Notes: generated by a model from the sequence alone, not told the origin. A DNA stretch of 64,000 nucleotides from Candidatus Dojkabacteria bacterium (GCA_016932785.1 JAFGCJ010000002.1:81777-145776); one strand, 5' to 3'; numbered from the stretch's first letter, positions 55,401 through 63,274 are shown. Program-made: numbers and translations.

Positions 55401-55641
55401 GAGCCTACTCTCCGACAGTTCACAAAATCCTTACCTACAATGCACACCGGAAACCATCTTTCAGGCAATTCACACTCTTAGTATTCTTGTTTCAAAATAT
55501 GGAGACAAGGAACTCTTTATAGCTTGTTACGAAAGAGTCAGAGGAATGGCGCAAAGGGAACCGCTTTCATATCAAAAAAGACTCTGGGGCCAAGCCTTGG
55601 AAGAATACAAGTTTTTTGGGGTTGAATTACCAAATGAATAA
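52480..55641 (+). CDS. Large orphan cytoplasmic protein (1053 aa); possible alpha/beta-hydrolase-type nucleophile elbow, helical C-terminal half
   Basis: Uninterrupted 3.16-kb ORF with a plausible RBS. Contains GILGHSIGSFS (G-H-S-x-G) and ITGYGGDSVTIAG. The last ~500 aa look alpha-helical/repeat-like. No family recognised. Confidence 0.65.
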   Translation: MSQNDTLGQEIYCEECRTAFERLEEVGVDPNSFDRHNPESLIFFSEVLGRVRAEPAGEDLFQCISQLDAEDCIIECKYGAAISIDRRNSTDQLEGSPAKATEEICTDFAEVINFVYWWNCVYKQGCQDFNQQLHITGYGGDSVTIAGCQEGVFSLGFLLSQTHSLRKIIALNPNSFDAVLADEKWISSFCAVPVRSNGHQSMIFSTDFYAPDLYEAMNRHKNNGPEEILGTGIILDGDVREFEEQHEDTGIIDQYLSAKYRPCKLVSKPTTDVITATAIIKEEETNICLSQGDTFSISVENKASVLDWISGAISQVSKLFESSQNGGSRIPYVTIWETTRKVSAALAPFADRFDFTIKSEGAKVIAIASPYPDIGFNPIKNFGTSLLASMPFAKVSVLSVVEPGNIRATVGPELTFIEGPEQMSSSRTGILGHSIGSFSTKKALIALSSSARTLSTLWELDPGTMLDPIANIFHRAKVQAAMSPSDMVPQKDIGEPVATINPRRIYQRFQLLGLAQRYSSTSISPLSLLQVAALARRSLVIDEQLALVLGYGTENQSLIFEHARELQMRGLVYADISASAHELVVPGEVRALLTSQHSPVGNVPLANWLEVLRWQGIGASESAYEKLKNSQPNLIEILYLARRESLRTLLPDSPMITFEDPEYVLALIRSLSRNGIRHRFKPETLLALSEFPETEGDILWKIFLYACRANLESALTHSKMIDTLTFMLYAIDQMEVLDPEAIETLLGWAAEKSGHFEPHKPTEERTQLELACLQIIRKVLSIIDEYEGENKKELETLYLALSMQVYLLPRDPHELLDLIHKDIGECLAELRGCRAHQWRIVRMVNYLSTLSSKFETPIEIDGHICRSPAEAALFLLEGLQPYLSADIVARYRANAVPAVASVEDYESTPDTKDWNAIDYSARGVILALDTEDPEIILTAINNFLFACVNRTGNHTAAPILSQVLDRREVLILTRSLLSDSSQNPYLQCTPETIFQAIHTLSILVSKYGDKELFIACYERVRGMAQREPLSYQKRLWGQALEEYKFFGVELPNE

Positions 55642-55671
55642 ATTAGCCACCGATTTACCGATGGCTAATTA
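55642..55671. terminator. Bidirectional hairpin between convergent ORFs
   Basis: AATTAGCCA (55642-55650) ccgatttaccga TGGCTAATT (55663-55671): perfect 9-bp stem. Confidence 0.5.
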
Positions 55672-55689
55672 GGCTCAAGATAATATTTA

Positions 55690-55905
55690 CTAACCAATAT
55701 TTCTCCAACCTTTTGTAAGTCTCTCATCGAGACTTTCGGAGAATGATTCAAGCTTCTCAGAATCCATACTCCTAAGAGCCTCCATCTCCTGATCTGACAG
55801 GTCAAAACCCTGGAGTGCTCCCTCAGGATTCTCTCTTAACATTCGACGAAACTCTGCATCAGTGGCAGCTCGTCCTATCACTACCTGAACATCAGAATGT
55901 GACAT
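55690..55905 (-). CDS. 71-aa protein with NHLP/Nif11-type RiPP-leader-like N-terminus
   Basis: MSHSDVQVVIGRAATDAEFRRMLRENPEGALQGFDLSDQEMEALRSMDSEKLESFSESLDERLTKGWRNIG. The VIGRAATDAEFRRMLRENPEGAL segment resembles the NHLP leader core (iiaKAwtDpaFkqrLladPkaAL) as I recall it. A TTGACA-like -35 lies at 55964-55969 on the minus strand. Confidence 0.45.
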   Translation of the reverse strand: MSHSDVQVVIGRAATDAEFRRMLRENPEGALQGFDLSDQEMEALRSMDSEKLESFSESLDERLTKGWRNIG

Positions 55906-56025
55906 AGTTTGAGCAGTGCTTAAATTAGTTCATTATTATTGATAGCACGACTTGCAAAAATATGTCAAGAATCTGTCCCCTAACTATCACGTGGAAACTC
56001 TTTGTCTTTACTAGTTACTCTAATA

Positions 56026-58671
56026 CTACTTCTCAAGAGCCGCCTGAGCTGCTGCTAACCTTGCAATTGGTACACGATAAGGTGAACAGCTAACATAGTT
56101 TAATCCTATCCTATGACAGAATTTCACCGATTCAGGTTCTCCACCATGCTCACCGCAGATACCGATCTCCAGAGATTTTTTCGCGCTTCGTCCTTTCGTA
56201 ACAGCCATCTTCATCATCTCTCCGACACCACACTGATCAAGTACCTGAAATGGGTCATTCTCATAGACCCCTAGTTCAATATATTTCACTATGAACCTTC
56301 CAGCGTCGTCTCTTGAATAGCCGAAGGTTGTCTGAGTAAGATCGTTTGTACCAAACGAAAAGAAGTCCGCATGTTGAGCAAATTCGTCAGCCGTAACACA
56401 TGCACGCGGAAGTTCGATCATTGTACCAACAGTATAGCTCACTTTTTTACCTATCTCACCGGCGGCTTTGAGTATTTCATCAGCGGTCTTAACAGTAACA
56501 TCACGAAGAATTTCAAGCTCTCTGACATGACTGGTTACAGGTATCTCTATCTCTGGTATTGCCTTCACTCCTTTTTTAGTAACCTCAACCGCCGCATTAA
56601 TAATAGCCTTGACCTGCATTTCCGTTATCTCAGGATAAACCATTCCCAACCTGCATCCTCTAAAACCAAGCATTGGATTGAATTCTGCCAGAGCCTCCTT
56701 CCGTTTTTTCAGCTCTTCATACTCGACCCCCATCTCCTTGGCAATTGATCTGATATCCTCATCCTCGTGCGGAAGGAACTCATGAAGCGGAGGATCTAGA
56801 AGTCTTACTGTTACAGGAAGACCATCCATTTCCTCAAATATCCCTTCAAAATCATCCTGCTGCATCTTTTCAATCTTAGAAAGAGCTTTGACTCTTTGCT
56901 CCTTGGTATCCGAAAGGATCATTTCTCTTACAGCAAAAATTCGCTCTTCCTGGAAGAACATATGCTCAGTTCTAGTAAGCCCGATTCCCTCGGCACCAAA
57001 TTCCCTGGCTATTTTTGCATCTGCTGGGGTATCTGCGTTAGTCCTTACCTTAAGCGTACGAACATCATCGGCCCAAGCCATCAAAGTTTCAAAATCTTCA
57101 GAGAGTTCCGGGTCTACTGTCTGAACTTTCCCTTTAAATACATCCCCAGTAGAACCATCCAGTGTTATCCAGTCCCCCTCTTCTAAATCAACATCTTTAC
57201 CAACATGCATAGTTTTACTCTCCTCATTGATTGCAATTTCGGAACAGCCAGCAACGCAACACTTTCCCATGCCCCTTGCAACTACAGCGGCGTGACTCGT
57301 CATACCTCCGCGAGCAGTAAGTATTCCCTGAGCAGAATTCATACCTTCAATATCCTCCGGAGATGTTTCTGTTCTAACAAGAATTACATCTTTTCCCTGC
57401 TCCTTCCAAGAGACTGCGTCATCAGCGGTAAATACCACCTGACCACTGACCGCACCTGGAGATGCCGGAAGACCGGTAGCGATAATTTCTTTATCTGCTT
57501 TGGGATCAACCATCGGATGAAGCAGTTGATCAAGTGAATTGGGATCTACTCTCATAATTGCTTCGTTCTTATTTATCATTTTTTCTCCAACCATATCTAC
57601 TGCAATTTTTACAGCGGCCTTTCCCGTCCTTTTACCAACTCTATTCTGAAGCATATAAAGCTGGCCTTCTTCAATAGTAAATTCGAGATCAATCATATCT
57701 TTATAATGATTTTCCAAGACAGTAAAGATTTCCTTTATTTGCTGATAGATTTCCGGCATTTCTTTCTCAAGGTCATTTAGATGCTTTGGAGTTCTAATTC
57801 CAGCAACAACATCTTCACCTTGTGCATTCATGAGATACTCGCCATAGTATTCCTTCTCTCCTGTAGAGGGATTTCTAGTAAACGCTACCCCTGTACCGGA
57901 ATTATCACCCATATTTCCAAAGACCATAGTCTGCACGTTTACTGCTGTTCCACTAATTTCTGAAGATATCTTGTTAATTTTTCTATACGAAATAGCCCGC
58001 GGGTTGTTCCATGATCCAAAAACGGCATCTATCCCCTTCTTCAGTTGATCCATTGGATCAGTTGGAAACTTTTCACCAAGTTCTGTTTCATATAAATTGA
58101 GATATCTTTTAACAACCTCCTTCAAAGCATCTACGTCTAGATCAATATCTGCTTCTACCGCATTCTCCTGTTTCACTTCTTCTAGAGTCCCTTCAAATTT
58201 CTCATGTTCAATGCCCATTACGACGTTTCCAAACATCTGAATGAATCTCCTATAGCTGTCCCATGCAAATCTCGGATTACCACTTTTATCAATCAATCCA
58301 TTAAGCGTTTCTTCATTCAAACCCAAGTTCAAAACCGTGTCCATCATTCCAGGCATAGAAACTGCCGCTCCAGACCTTACGGATAAAAGCAAAGGATTCT
58401 TTGGGTCACCAAATTTTTTACCTGTCTCCCCTTCTAAAAGAGAAATATATTCTTTAAGCTCTTTTTCAAAAATTTCCGGATATTTTTTTCCATTATTATA
58501 AAAGTACTCACACATCCCGATTGAGATAACAAAGCCTGGAGGTACCGGAAGACCAAGTTCAACCATCCCAACAAGAGAGAATCCCTTTCCTCCAAGTATG
58601 TACTTAGGTTTATCTACATCAGGCATCTCTGACTTCGATTTCATGAAACCATATATGTATTTTTCTGCCAT
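56026..58671 (-). CDS. ppdK: Pyruvate, phosphate dikinase
   Basis: 881 aa. Phosphohistidine motif GGMTSHAAVVARGMGK, an N-terminal ATP-grasp domain, and a C-terminal PEP-utilising TIM barrel (FFSFGTNDLTQ, ICGEHGG). Confidence 0.95.
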   Translation of the reverse strand: MAEKYIYGFMKSKSEMPDVDKPKYILGGKGFSLVGMVELGLPVPPGFVISIGMCEYFYNNGKKYPEIFEKELKEYISLLEGETGKKFGDPKNPLLLSVRSGAAVSMPGMMDTVLNLGLNEETLNGLIDKSGNPRFAWDSYRRFIQMFGNVVMGIEHEKFEGTLEEVKQENAVEADIDLDVDALKEVVKRYLNLYETELGEKFPTDPMDQLKKGIDAVFGSWNNPRAISYRKINKISSEISGTAVNVQTMVFGNMGDNSGTGVAFTRNPSTGEKEYYGEYLMNAQGEDVVAGIRTPKHLNDLEKEMPEIYQQIKEIFTVLENHYKDMIDLEFTIEEGQLYMLQNRVGKRTGKAAVKIAVDMVGEKMINKNEAIMRVDPNSLDQLLHPMVDPKADKEIIATGLPASPGAVSGQVVFTADDAVSWKEQGKDVILVRTETSPEDIEGMNSAQGILTARGGMTSHAAVVARGMGKCCVAGCSEIAINEESKTMHVGKDVDLEEGDWITLDGSTGDVFKGKVQTVDPELSEDFETLMAWADDVRTLKVRTNADTPADAKIAREFGAEGIGLTRTEHMFFQEERIFAVREMILSDTKEQRVKALSKIEKMQQDDFEGIFEEMDGLPVTVRLLDPPLHEFLPHEDEDIRSIAKEMGVEYEELKKRKEALAEFNPMLGFRGCRLGMVYPEITEMQVKAIINAAVEVTKKGVKAIPEIEIPVTSHVRELEILRDVTVKTADEILKAAGEIGKKVSYTVGTMIELPRACVTADEFAQHADFFSFGTNDLTQTTFGYSRDDAGRFIVKYIELGVYENDPFQVLDQCGVGEMMKMAVTKGRSAKKSLEIGICGEHGGEPESVKFCHRIGLNYVSCSPYRVPIARLAAAQAALEK

Positions 58672-58832
58672 TTTAAAACAAATTCATGTTATTTATGAAA
58701 CTGCAGCTGATTCTCGCAGTCGGGGAAGCTCAGAACACGCCTGAGCTTGACTGAGAAGTTTAATAAACAGAAAATTATTTTGCAAGTTTTGCAGTTATAT
58801 TAGATCTTCATTCTTTATGAAGCTTAATCTAA

Positions 58833-58841
58833 TGATATAAT
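58833..58841 (+). promoter_or_regulatory. Extended -10 promoter (TGaTATAAT) abutting the patatin start codon
   Basis: TGATATAAT at 58833-58841. Only 7 nt separate the -10 from ATG 58849 and there is no SD, which predicts a leaderless mRNA. Confidence 0.45.
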
Positions 58842-58848
58842 ATGTTCC

Positions 58849-59685
58849 ATGGCAATATTTTCCAGAAACAAAATAGGTCTTGCATTAGGTAGTGGAGGTC
58901 CACGGGGCCTTGCACATATCGGTGTAATAAAAACACTAATTGAAAACAAGATACCAATAGACTACATCTCAGGAACAAGCGCAGGCGCTCTTGTCGGAGG
59001 GCTCTATTCATACTTTCGAGATATATCCAAGATACAGAAAATAGCAGAAGAAATGAACGCGACAAAATTATTACCCCTACTCTCAGATATCTCACTTAGA
59101 GATGGTCTTATAAAAGGTTCCAAAATTGAGGACATCTTAAAAGAACACGTTGGAAACACCAAGATCGAGGACTTGAAGATACCTTTTGTCGCGGTATCAG
59201 TAGATTTAATGACTGGAAAAGCTATTTACATTAAAAAAGGACCTCTATATCGCGCAATTCGTGCAAGTATTTCTGTTCCAATAGTATTTTCTCCTGTAAA
59301 AAGCAAAGGCAGAATGCTTGTCGACGGTGGAATCGCACATCCTGTACCTGTAGAGGCTGTACGGAGATTAGGTGCAGAAAAAGTAATTGCGGTAAATCTA
59401 AACTCAGAACTCTATCCTGAGGCAACCGGTAAGGAACCAACAAAACCTCAGGATATCCTTTATACTACCATGGATATTTTTGTTCACAACCTCGCGTTAA
59501 AGGAATCCGAAAAAGCAGATGTCGTTCTCAGCCCAATAGTAAAAACAAAGGCAGGAATGGATTTCATGAGTTTTACGAAGGCTGATGAAATTACAAAGAT
59601 AGGAGAAAAGACTACAAAAAAGAAAATCCGCCAAATTCGTAAACTTGTCTATAACCCTATGTTGAGGTTATTGGGAAAGAGTTAG
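58849..59685 (+). CDS. Patatin-like phospholipase
   Basis: Oxyanion motif GSGGPRG, nucleophile GTSAG (G-x-S-x-G), and the catalytic Asp in VDGG. Confidence 0.85.
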   Translation: MAIFSRNKIGLALGSGGPRGLAHIGVIKTLIENKIPIDYISGTSAGALVGGLYSYFRDISKIQKIAEEMNATKLLPLLSDISLRDGLIKGSKIEDILKEHVGNTKIEDLKIPFVAVSVDLMTGKAIYIKKGPLYRAIRASISVPIVFSPVKSKGRMLVDGGIAHPVPVEAVRRLGAEKVIAVNLNSELYPEATGKEPTKPQDILYTTMDIFVHNLALKESEKADVVLSPIVKTKAGMDFMSFTKADEITKIGEKTTKKKIRQIRKLVYNPMLRLLGKS

Positions 59686-59717
59686 TCCAAATTTCCTCTA
59701 TACTAATCTCTGTGATC

Positions 59718-59746
59718 TTGATATTGAACACTATAGGTCCTATAAT
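59718..59746 (+). promoter_or_regulatory. Promoter TTGATA-17-TATAAT abutting the start codon of the arginase-fold ORF
   Basis: TTGATA 59718-59723 and TATAAT 59741-59746. ATG 59753 is 6 nt downstream with no SD, which predicts a leaderless mRNA. Confidence 0.45.
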
Positions 59747-59752
59747 CATGCA

Positions 59753-61273
59753 ATGGCCGAACTTATTTGTGCACAAGAAAGAGTTGAGACACCCGGTGAA
59801 GTACTTCCTCTATACATACCAGAAGTACAAAGGGAAGGAGAAGAAACTGCAATTCCAAGAGAGGTTCTTCTTCACCTTGCTGATGAGGAATTACTTCTAC
59901 GAAACGCGCAATTCTTAAAGGATGCCGGTGAGCTAGCAGGACTTGTTATTCCAAACCGAAACGCTCTTAGTTTTGTATCAGCCTTTGCCTCTCCACTGTT
60001 AGAATTATCGCAAGTCGAAATCAAGCGGATGCTAAAATCTCTTGAAGCAGCACGGCCCTTTTCTGAATTATTTTTTCAAGCAGAGATGGGTATACCTATT
60101 GGCTCACCGGTAGATCAGAACCAACTGTATGCACTATTGTTTGATACTTTAGCATCCAGCAGTGGAACACTTCTACCTGTATCTGCTTCACATGCAAGTG
60201 AAATAGAACTGTTTGATGCAGCTGTCGATCTTGGACTTGATCCATCAACTGTTGCCGCTTTGGTATTGGACACCCACGATGATGTATTTGTTAGCGTAGA
60301 AAGTACAAAATCAAGTGTATGTCATAAGCTTCTTTGCAGAGGCATAGGCCATTTATCCATCATTGGAATTAGCGATGAAAGATATTCCGATCTTGTAAGA
60401 AACCCACCATCAGGGGAATACCTATCTCTCACAGATGAACAAATTGCTGATCTCACTCTTACCCGAATGGAAGAACGTGGAATCAATGTGCTTGATGTTA
60501 TAAGAGATCAAACATATGGTAGATTTGGAGACAGATTTAGTCTCATACCGAGAGGTGAGCTTAGAGGCGGCCCTAATTATAGTAAGAAAAAAATTGAAGA
60601 AAGAATAACGAATCTTTTGGACGATTTAGTTAACCGAGGCATTACACAGATATGGATTCAGATCGACTTAGATGTTCTCGATCTTTTGGGTGAAATGATA
60701 ACAGTAACACCCTACGGGTTTGTCGATACTATTCTAGCTGCTTCCATTCAGGACCTGACACTAGGACTAGAAGTAAAAGGAATAACTGATCCAGAAGCTG
60801 CACTTACAAGAGTTCTTAATTTGTTTAGAAAAACTCATAAAATGGCAAAGAGAGCGCATTCCAAAAATAATCACACTATGAATGGCAGACAAAAACTTGA
60901 GGATCAATACATTAACGCAAGCTCTACTCAAAGGGAAGCAAGGGCAATTCTCATCGGAATTCAGGATCAAATACAAAGATTCGTAAGATACGGCCTCATT
61001 ACTCCCGAAATACGATCCTCTCTTGGACCAAGTTATGGTATCTGTCCTTTCGTAATACATTCTGTAGAAAGAAAAGGGCTCAGGTTAGCAAATGTGCTTC
61101 AAATAATTAAAACTGCAAGAGCTTTCTGTTCCTCACACAACGGAATAGAATTTGGAATATGCGCCGGAAATGTCCATATCCCATTAACTATAGATGAAGT
61201 CGCCCTAACAGATGTTAACGGTAATGGAGTAAAAGCCGTCTCAAAGATGATAGCAGCTGCAACCTCACCCTAG
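59753..61273 (+). CDS. Divergent arginase/ureohydrolase-fold protein with N- and C-terminal extensions
   Basis: By-eye alignment to arginase metal-ligand motifs: SASHA (vs GGDHS), LDTHDD (D173-x-H175-x-D177 vs DAHTD), HLSIIGISD (vs vyIGlRD), IWIQIDLDVLD (D305-x-D307 vs SFDVDGLDP), GLEVKGITDP (vs lDimEvNP). Confidence 0.45.
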   Translation: MAELICAQERVETPGEVLPLYIPEVQREGEETAIPREVLLHLADEELLLRNAQFLKDAGELAGLVIPNRNALSFVSAFASPLLELSQVEIKRMLKSLEAARPFSELFFQAEMGIPIGSPVDQNQLYALLFDTLASSSGTLLPVSASHASEIELFDAAVDLGLDPSTVAALVLDTHDDVFVSVESTKSSVCHKLLCRGIGHLSIIGISDERYSDLVRNPPSGEYLSLTDEQIADLTLTRMEERGINVLDVIRDQTYGRFGDRFSLIPRGELRGGPNYSKKKIEERITNLLDDLVNRGITQIWIQIDLDVLDLLGEMITVTPYGFVDTILAASIQDLTLGLEVKGITDPEAALTRVLNLFRKTHKMAKRAHSKNNHTMNGRQKLEDQYINASSTQREARAILIGIQDQIQRFVRYGLITPEIRSSLGPSYGICPFVIHSVERKGLRLANVLQIIKTARAFCSSHNGIEFGICAGNVHIPLTIDEVALTDVNGNGVKAVSKMIAAATSP

Positions 61274-63108
61274 GAAACACTATACCCCTCTGCCTGCATT
61301 TTAAAATTCTTCTCGTACTTTCCTTCGTTTTTCATTAATTCTTCATGGCTGCCTTCCTCAATGATCTCTCCTTCTTCGAGTACATATATCTTCTTCGCAT
61401 TCCTCACAGTCGAAAATCTATGAGAGATAATTATTACAGTCTTATCCCTCATGAAGTCATATATCCGTTTAAAAATTCTATACTCGGCTTCCGCATCTAT
61501 TGAGGCTGTCGGTTCGTCCAAGATTAACACAGGACTATTTCTATAAAACATTCTAGCAAGAGCAATTTTTTGCCATTGTCCTGTGGACGGATAAATCCCT
61601 CCCTCAAACCTTTTATCTAGCATTTGGTCGTATTTATAATCAAATCTACTAATAAAATCATGGGCGTCTGCTCTTTTGGCGGCATCAATAACCTCATTGT
61701 CTGAACCATCAGGACGACCTATTTTTATATTTTCCTTAGCAGTAATCATCCCATACCTGTTATAGTCCTGAAACAGAGTACTTATCAACTTGTAGTAACT
61801 ATCCAGCGAGAGTTTTTTCAAAGGTATACCATTAACAAAAATCTCACCCTTATCCGGATCATAAAACCTCAAAATAAGCTTTATTAATGTCGTTTTTCCT
61901 GCACCGTTTTCACCTACAACAGCAATCTCCTCCTTGGGATTTATTGTCATGTTTATGTTTTTCAAGACATAATTTTTTGTTCCAGGATACTTAAAAGAAA
62001 GATTCTTAATCTCAATTTTGCATGGTTCATTTTCTTTAATTTCAACATCGCCATCCATGATCTCTGGTTTTAACTCGAAAACTTTCTTTAGCTGCATTAC
62101 ATAAAAGCCTCTGTCCTGCAAATCATAAACCAGATCCATTACAGAGTTAGTACTAGTAAGAAAGTCAAACAATACATTTCTGTAAAAAGTCAGTGTACCA
62201 ATCGTTATAACACCGCGAATAAGTCTCTCGAGAAGCAAGATATAAACAGAGATGTGGACCAAATTTCGTATTGTATCTACAATAATTCTCAACCTGAACC
62301 TCAATTTAACCCAATACTCAAGTCCTCCAAAAATCCTTTCTCTAAGTTTCCTCCCTTTAAAATAAAGATATTTTTCCGACTTGAGAACCTTATGCTCGGG
62401 AATGTGATTTTCGTTTTCTATGGATCCCGATATCTTCCTAGCTATCCGTCTGTCATTAGATGTATCGTAGTTCCATCGCCAGTTATATTTGTTTGATTTA
62501 ATATGAAAACTTGCACTTACTATTGCAACTAAAATAATTACCAATCCCAACACGGGTGATATACCAAAGACAATGACGCCCGAAACAATAGTCGTTACTA
62601 AAGAACCAATCCATCCAACAATCATCTCTATAAACCTTGATACATGGTAAATACTATCACTACCTCGTTTAACCGTGTCGGCAATCTCGGGATTTTCGAA
62701 CTGGACCACATCAAGCTCAGAGATTCTTTTCGACACATCATGCTCAAAGAAGCTGAGTAGTATATAGTTAAACCTCTGAGAAAAATAATCCGTTGAATAC
62801 TTGGCTAGACCACTGATACTAAATGCTGCCAACATAAGTACAAGCAAAACAGGAATCGACGTATCGGTTAATTCAGTTACACTCTTGAAATTACCTGAAG
62901 TGGCCACAGAGATTGTCTCATCAATTAGCATTCCAAAAGCAAAAGACTTTCCCAGAGGAATAATTGCATATATTGCCTCTGAGATTACATATCCCACAAG
63001 ATTAAGTCTATCCATATTCCAGACCATACGGAAAGCCCACACAGCCGTCCTTAACGTCTCTGAAATGGATATTGATGGCTTTTCGGCAGAGCTTTTGGAT
63101 GAAGACAT
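61270..63108 (-). CDS. ABC exporter, fused permease-ATPase (MsbA/type I exporter-like)
   Basis: 6-TM N-terminal domain. Walker A GENGAGKTT, signature STGQWQKIALAR, Walker B VLILDEPT. ATG 63108 is preferred over the upstream TTG 63117. It overlaps the upstream ORF's stop by 4 nt (convergent). Confidence 0.9.
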   Translation of the reverse strand: MSSSKSSAEKPSISISETLRTAVWAFRMVWNMDRLNLVGYVISEAIYAIIPLGKSFAFGMLIDETISVATSGNFKSVTELTDTSIPVLLVLMLAAFSISGLAKYSTDYFSQRFNYILLSFFEHDVSKRISELDVVQFENPEIADTVKRGSDSIYHVSRFIEMIVGWIGSLVTTIVSGVIVFGISPVLGLVIILVAIVSASFHIKSNKYNWRWNYDTSNDRRIARKISGSIENENHIPEHKVLKSEKYLYFKGRKLRERIFGGLEYWVKLRFRLRIIVDTIRNLVHISVYILLLERLIRGVITIGTLTFYRNVLFDFLTSTNSVMDLVYDLQDRGFYVMQLKKVFELKPEIMDGDVEIKENEPCKIEIKNLSFKYPGTKNYVLKNINMTINPKEEIAVVGENGAGKTTLIKLILRFYDPDKGEIFVNGIPLKKLSLDSYYKLISTLFQDYNRYGMITAKENIKIGRPDGSDNEVIDAAKRADAHDFISRFDYKYDQMLDKRFEGGIYPSTGQWQKIALARMFYRNSPVLILDEPTASIDAEAEYRIFKRIYDFMRDKTVIIISHRFSTVRNAKKIYVLEEGEIIEEGSHEELMKNEGKYEKNFKMQAEGYSVS

Positions 63109-63166
63109 AAAAAACAAATGATGATTTTATTTGAAATGTATTCAAAATTTTTATGAAATGACGATA

Positions 63167-63274
63167 ATGAATATCTTTCGCACTATAGGCCCGTAAGTGC
63201 AAAGGAAGTCTAGCACCACTATGAATATCTTTTGTACTATGGGTCCGAAAGTGCAAAGGAAGTGTAACACCACC
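63167..63274. repeat. Two tandem imperfect 54-bp repeats
   Basis: ATGAATATCTTTCGCACTATAGGCCCGTAAGTGCAAAGGAAGTCTAGCACCACT (63167-63220) and ATGAATATCTTTTGTACTATGGGTCCGAAAGTGCAAAGGAAGTGTAACACCACC (63221-63274). Each contains a GCACT/AGTGC-type stem. They lie 59 bp upstream of the ABC exporter ATG. Confidence 0.7.

Noticed and set aside
59712-59918. 68-aa ORF in an alternative frame overlapping the start of the 506-aa gene (ATG 59748).
   Set aside because: It is lysine/phenylalanine-rich low-complexity sequence fully nested in the longer ORF. The predicted TSS from the TATAAT at 59741-59746 fits ATG 59753 better.
58849-63108. Patatin gene as part of a CBASS-type or other known anti-phage system.
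   Set aside because: The neighbouring 506-aa protein shows an arginase-type metal-ligand pattern, not a CD-NTase G[GS]...DxD motif. No cyclase, SAVED, TIR, nuclease or other defence hallmark is present.
63167-63274. Possible CRISPR array.
   Set aside because: There are only two contiguous 54-bp copies with no spacers, and no cas genes in the window. This is a tandem duplication or structured element instead.
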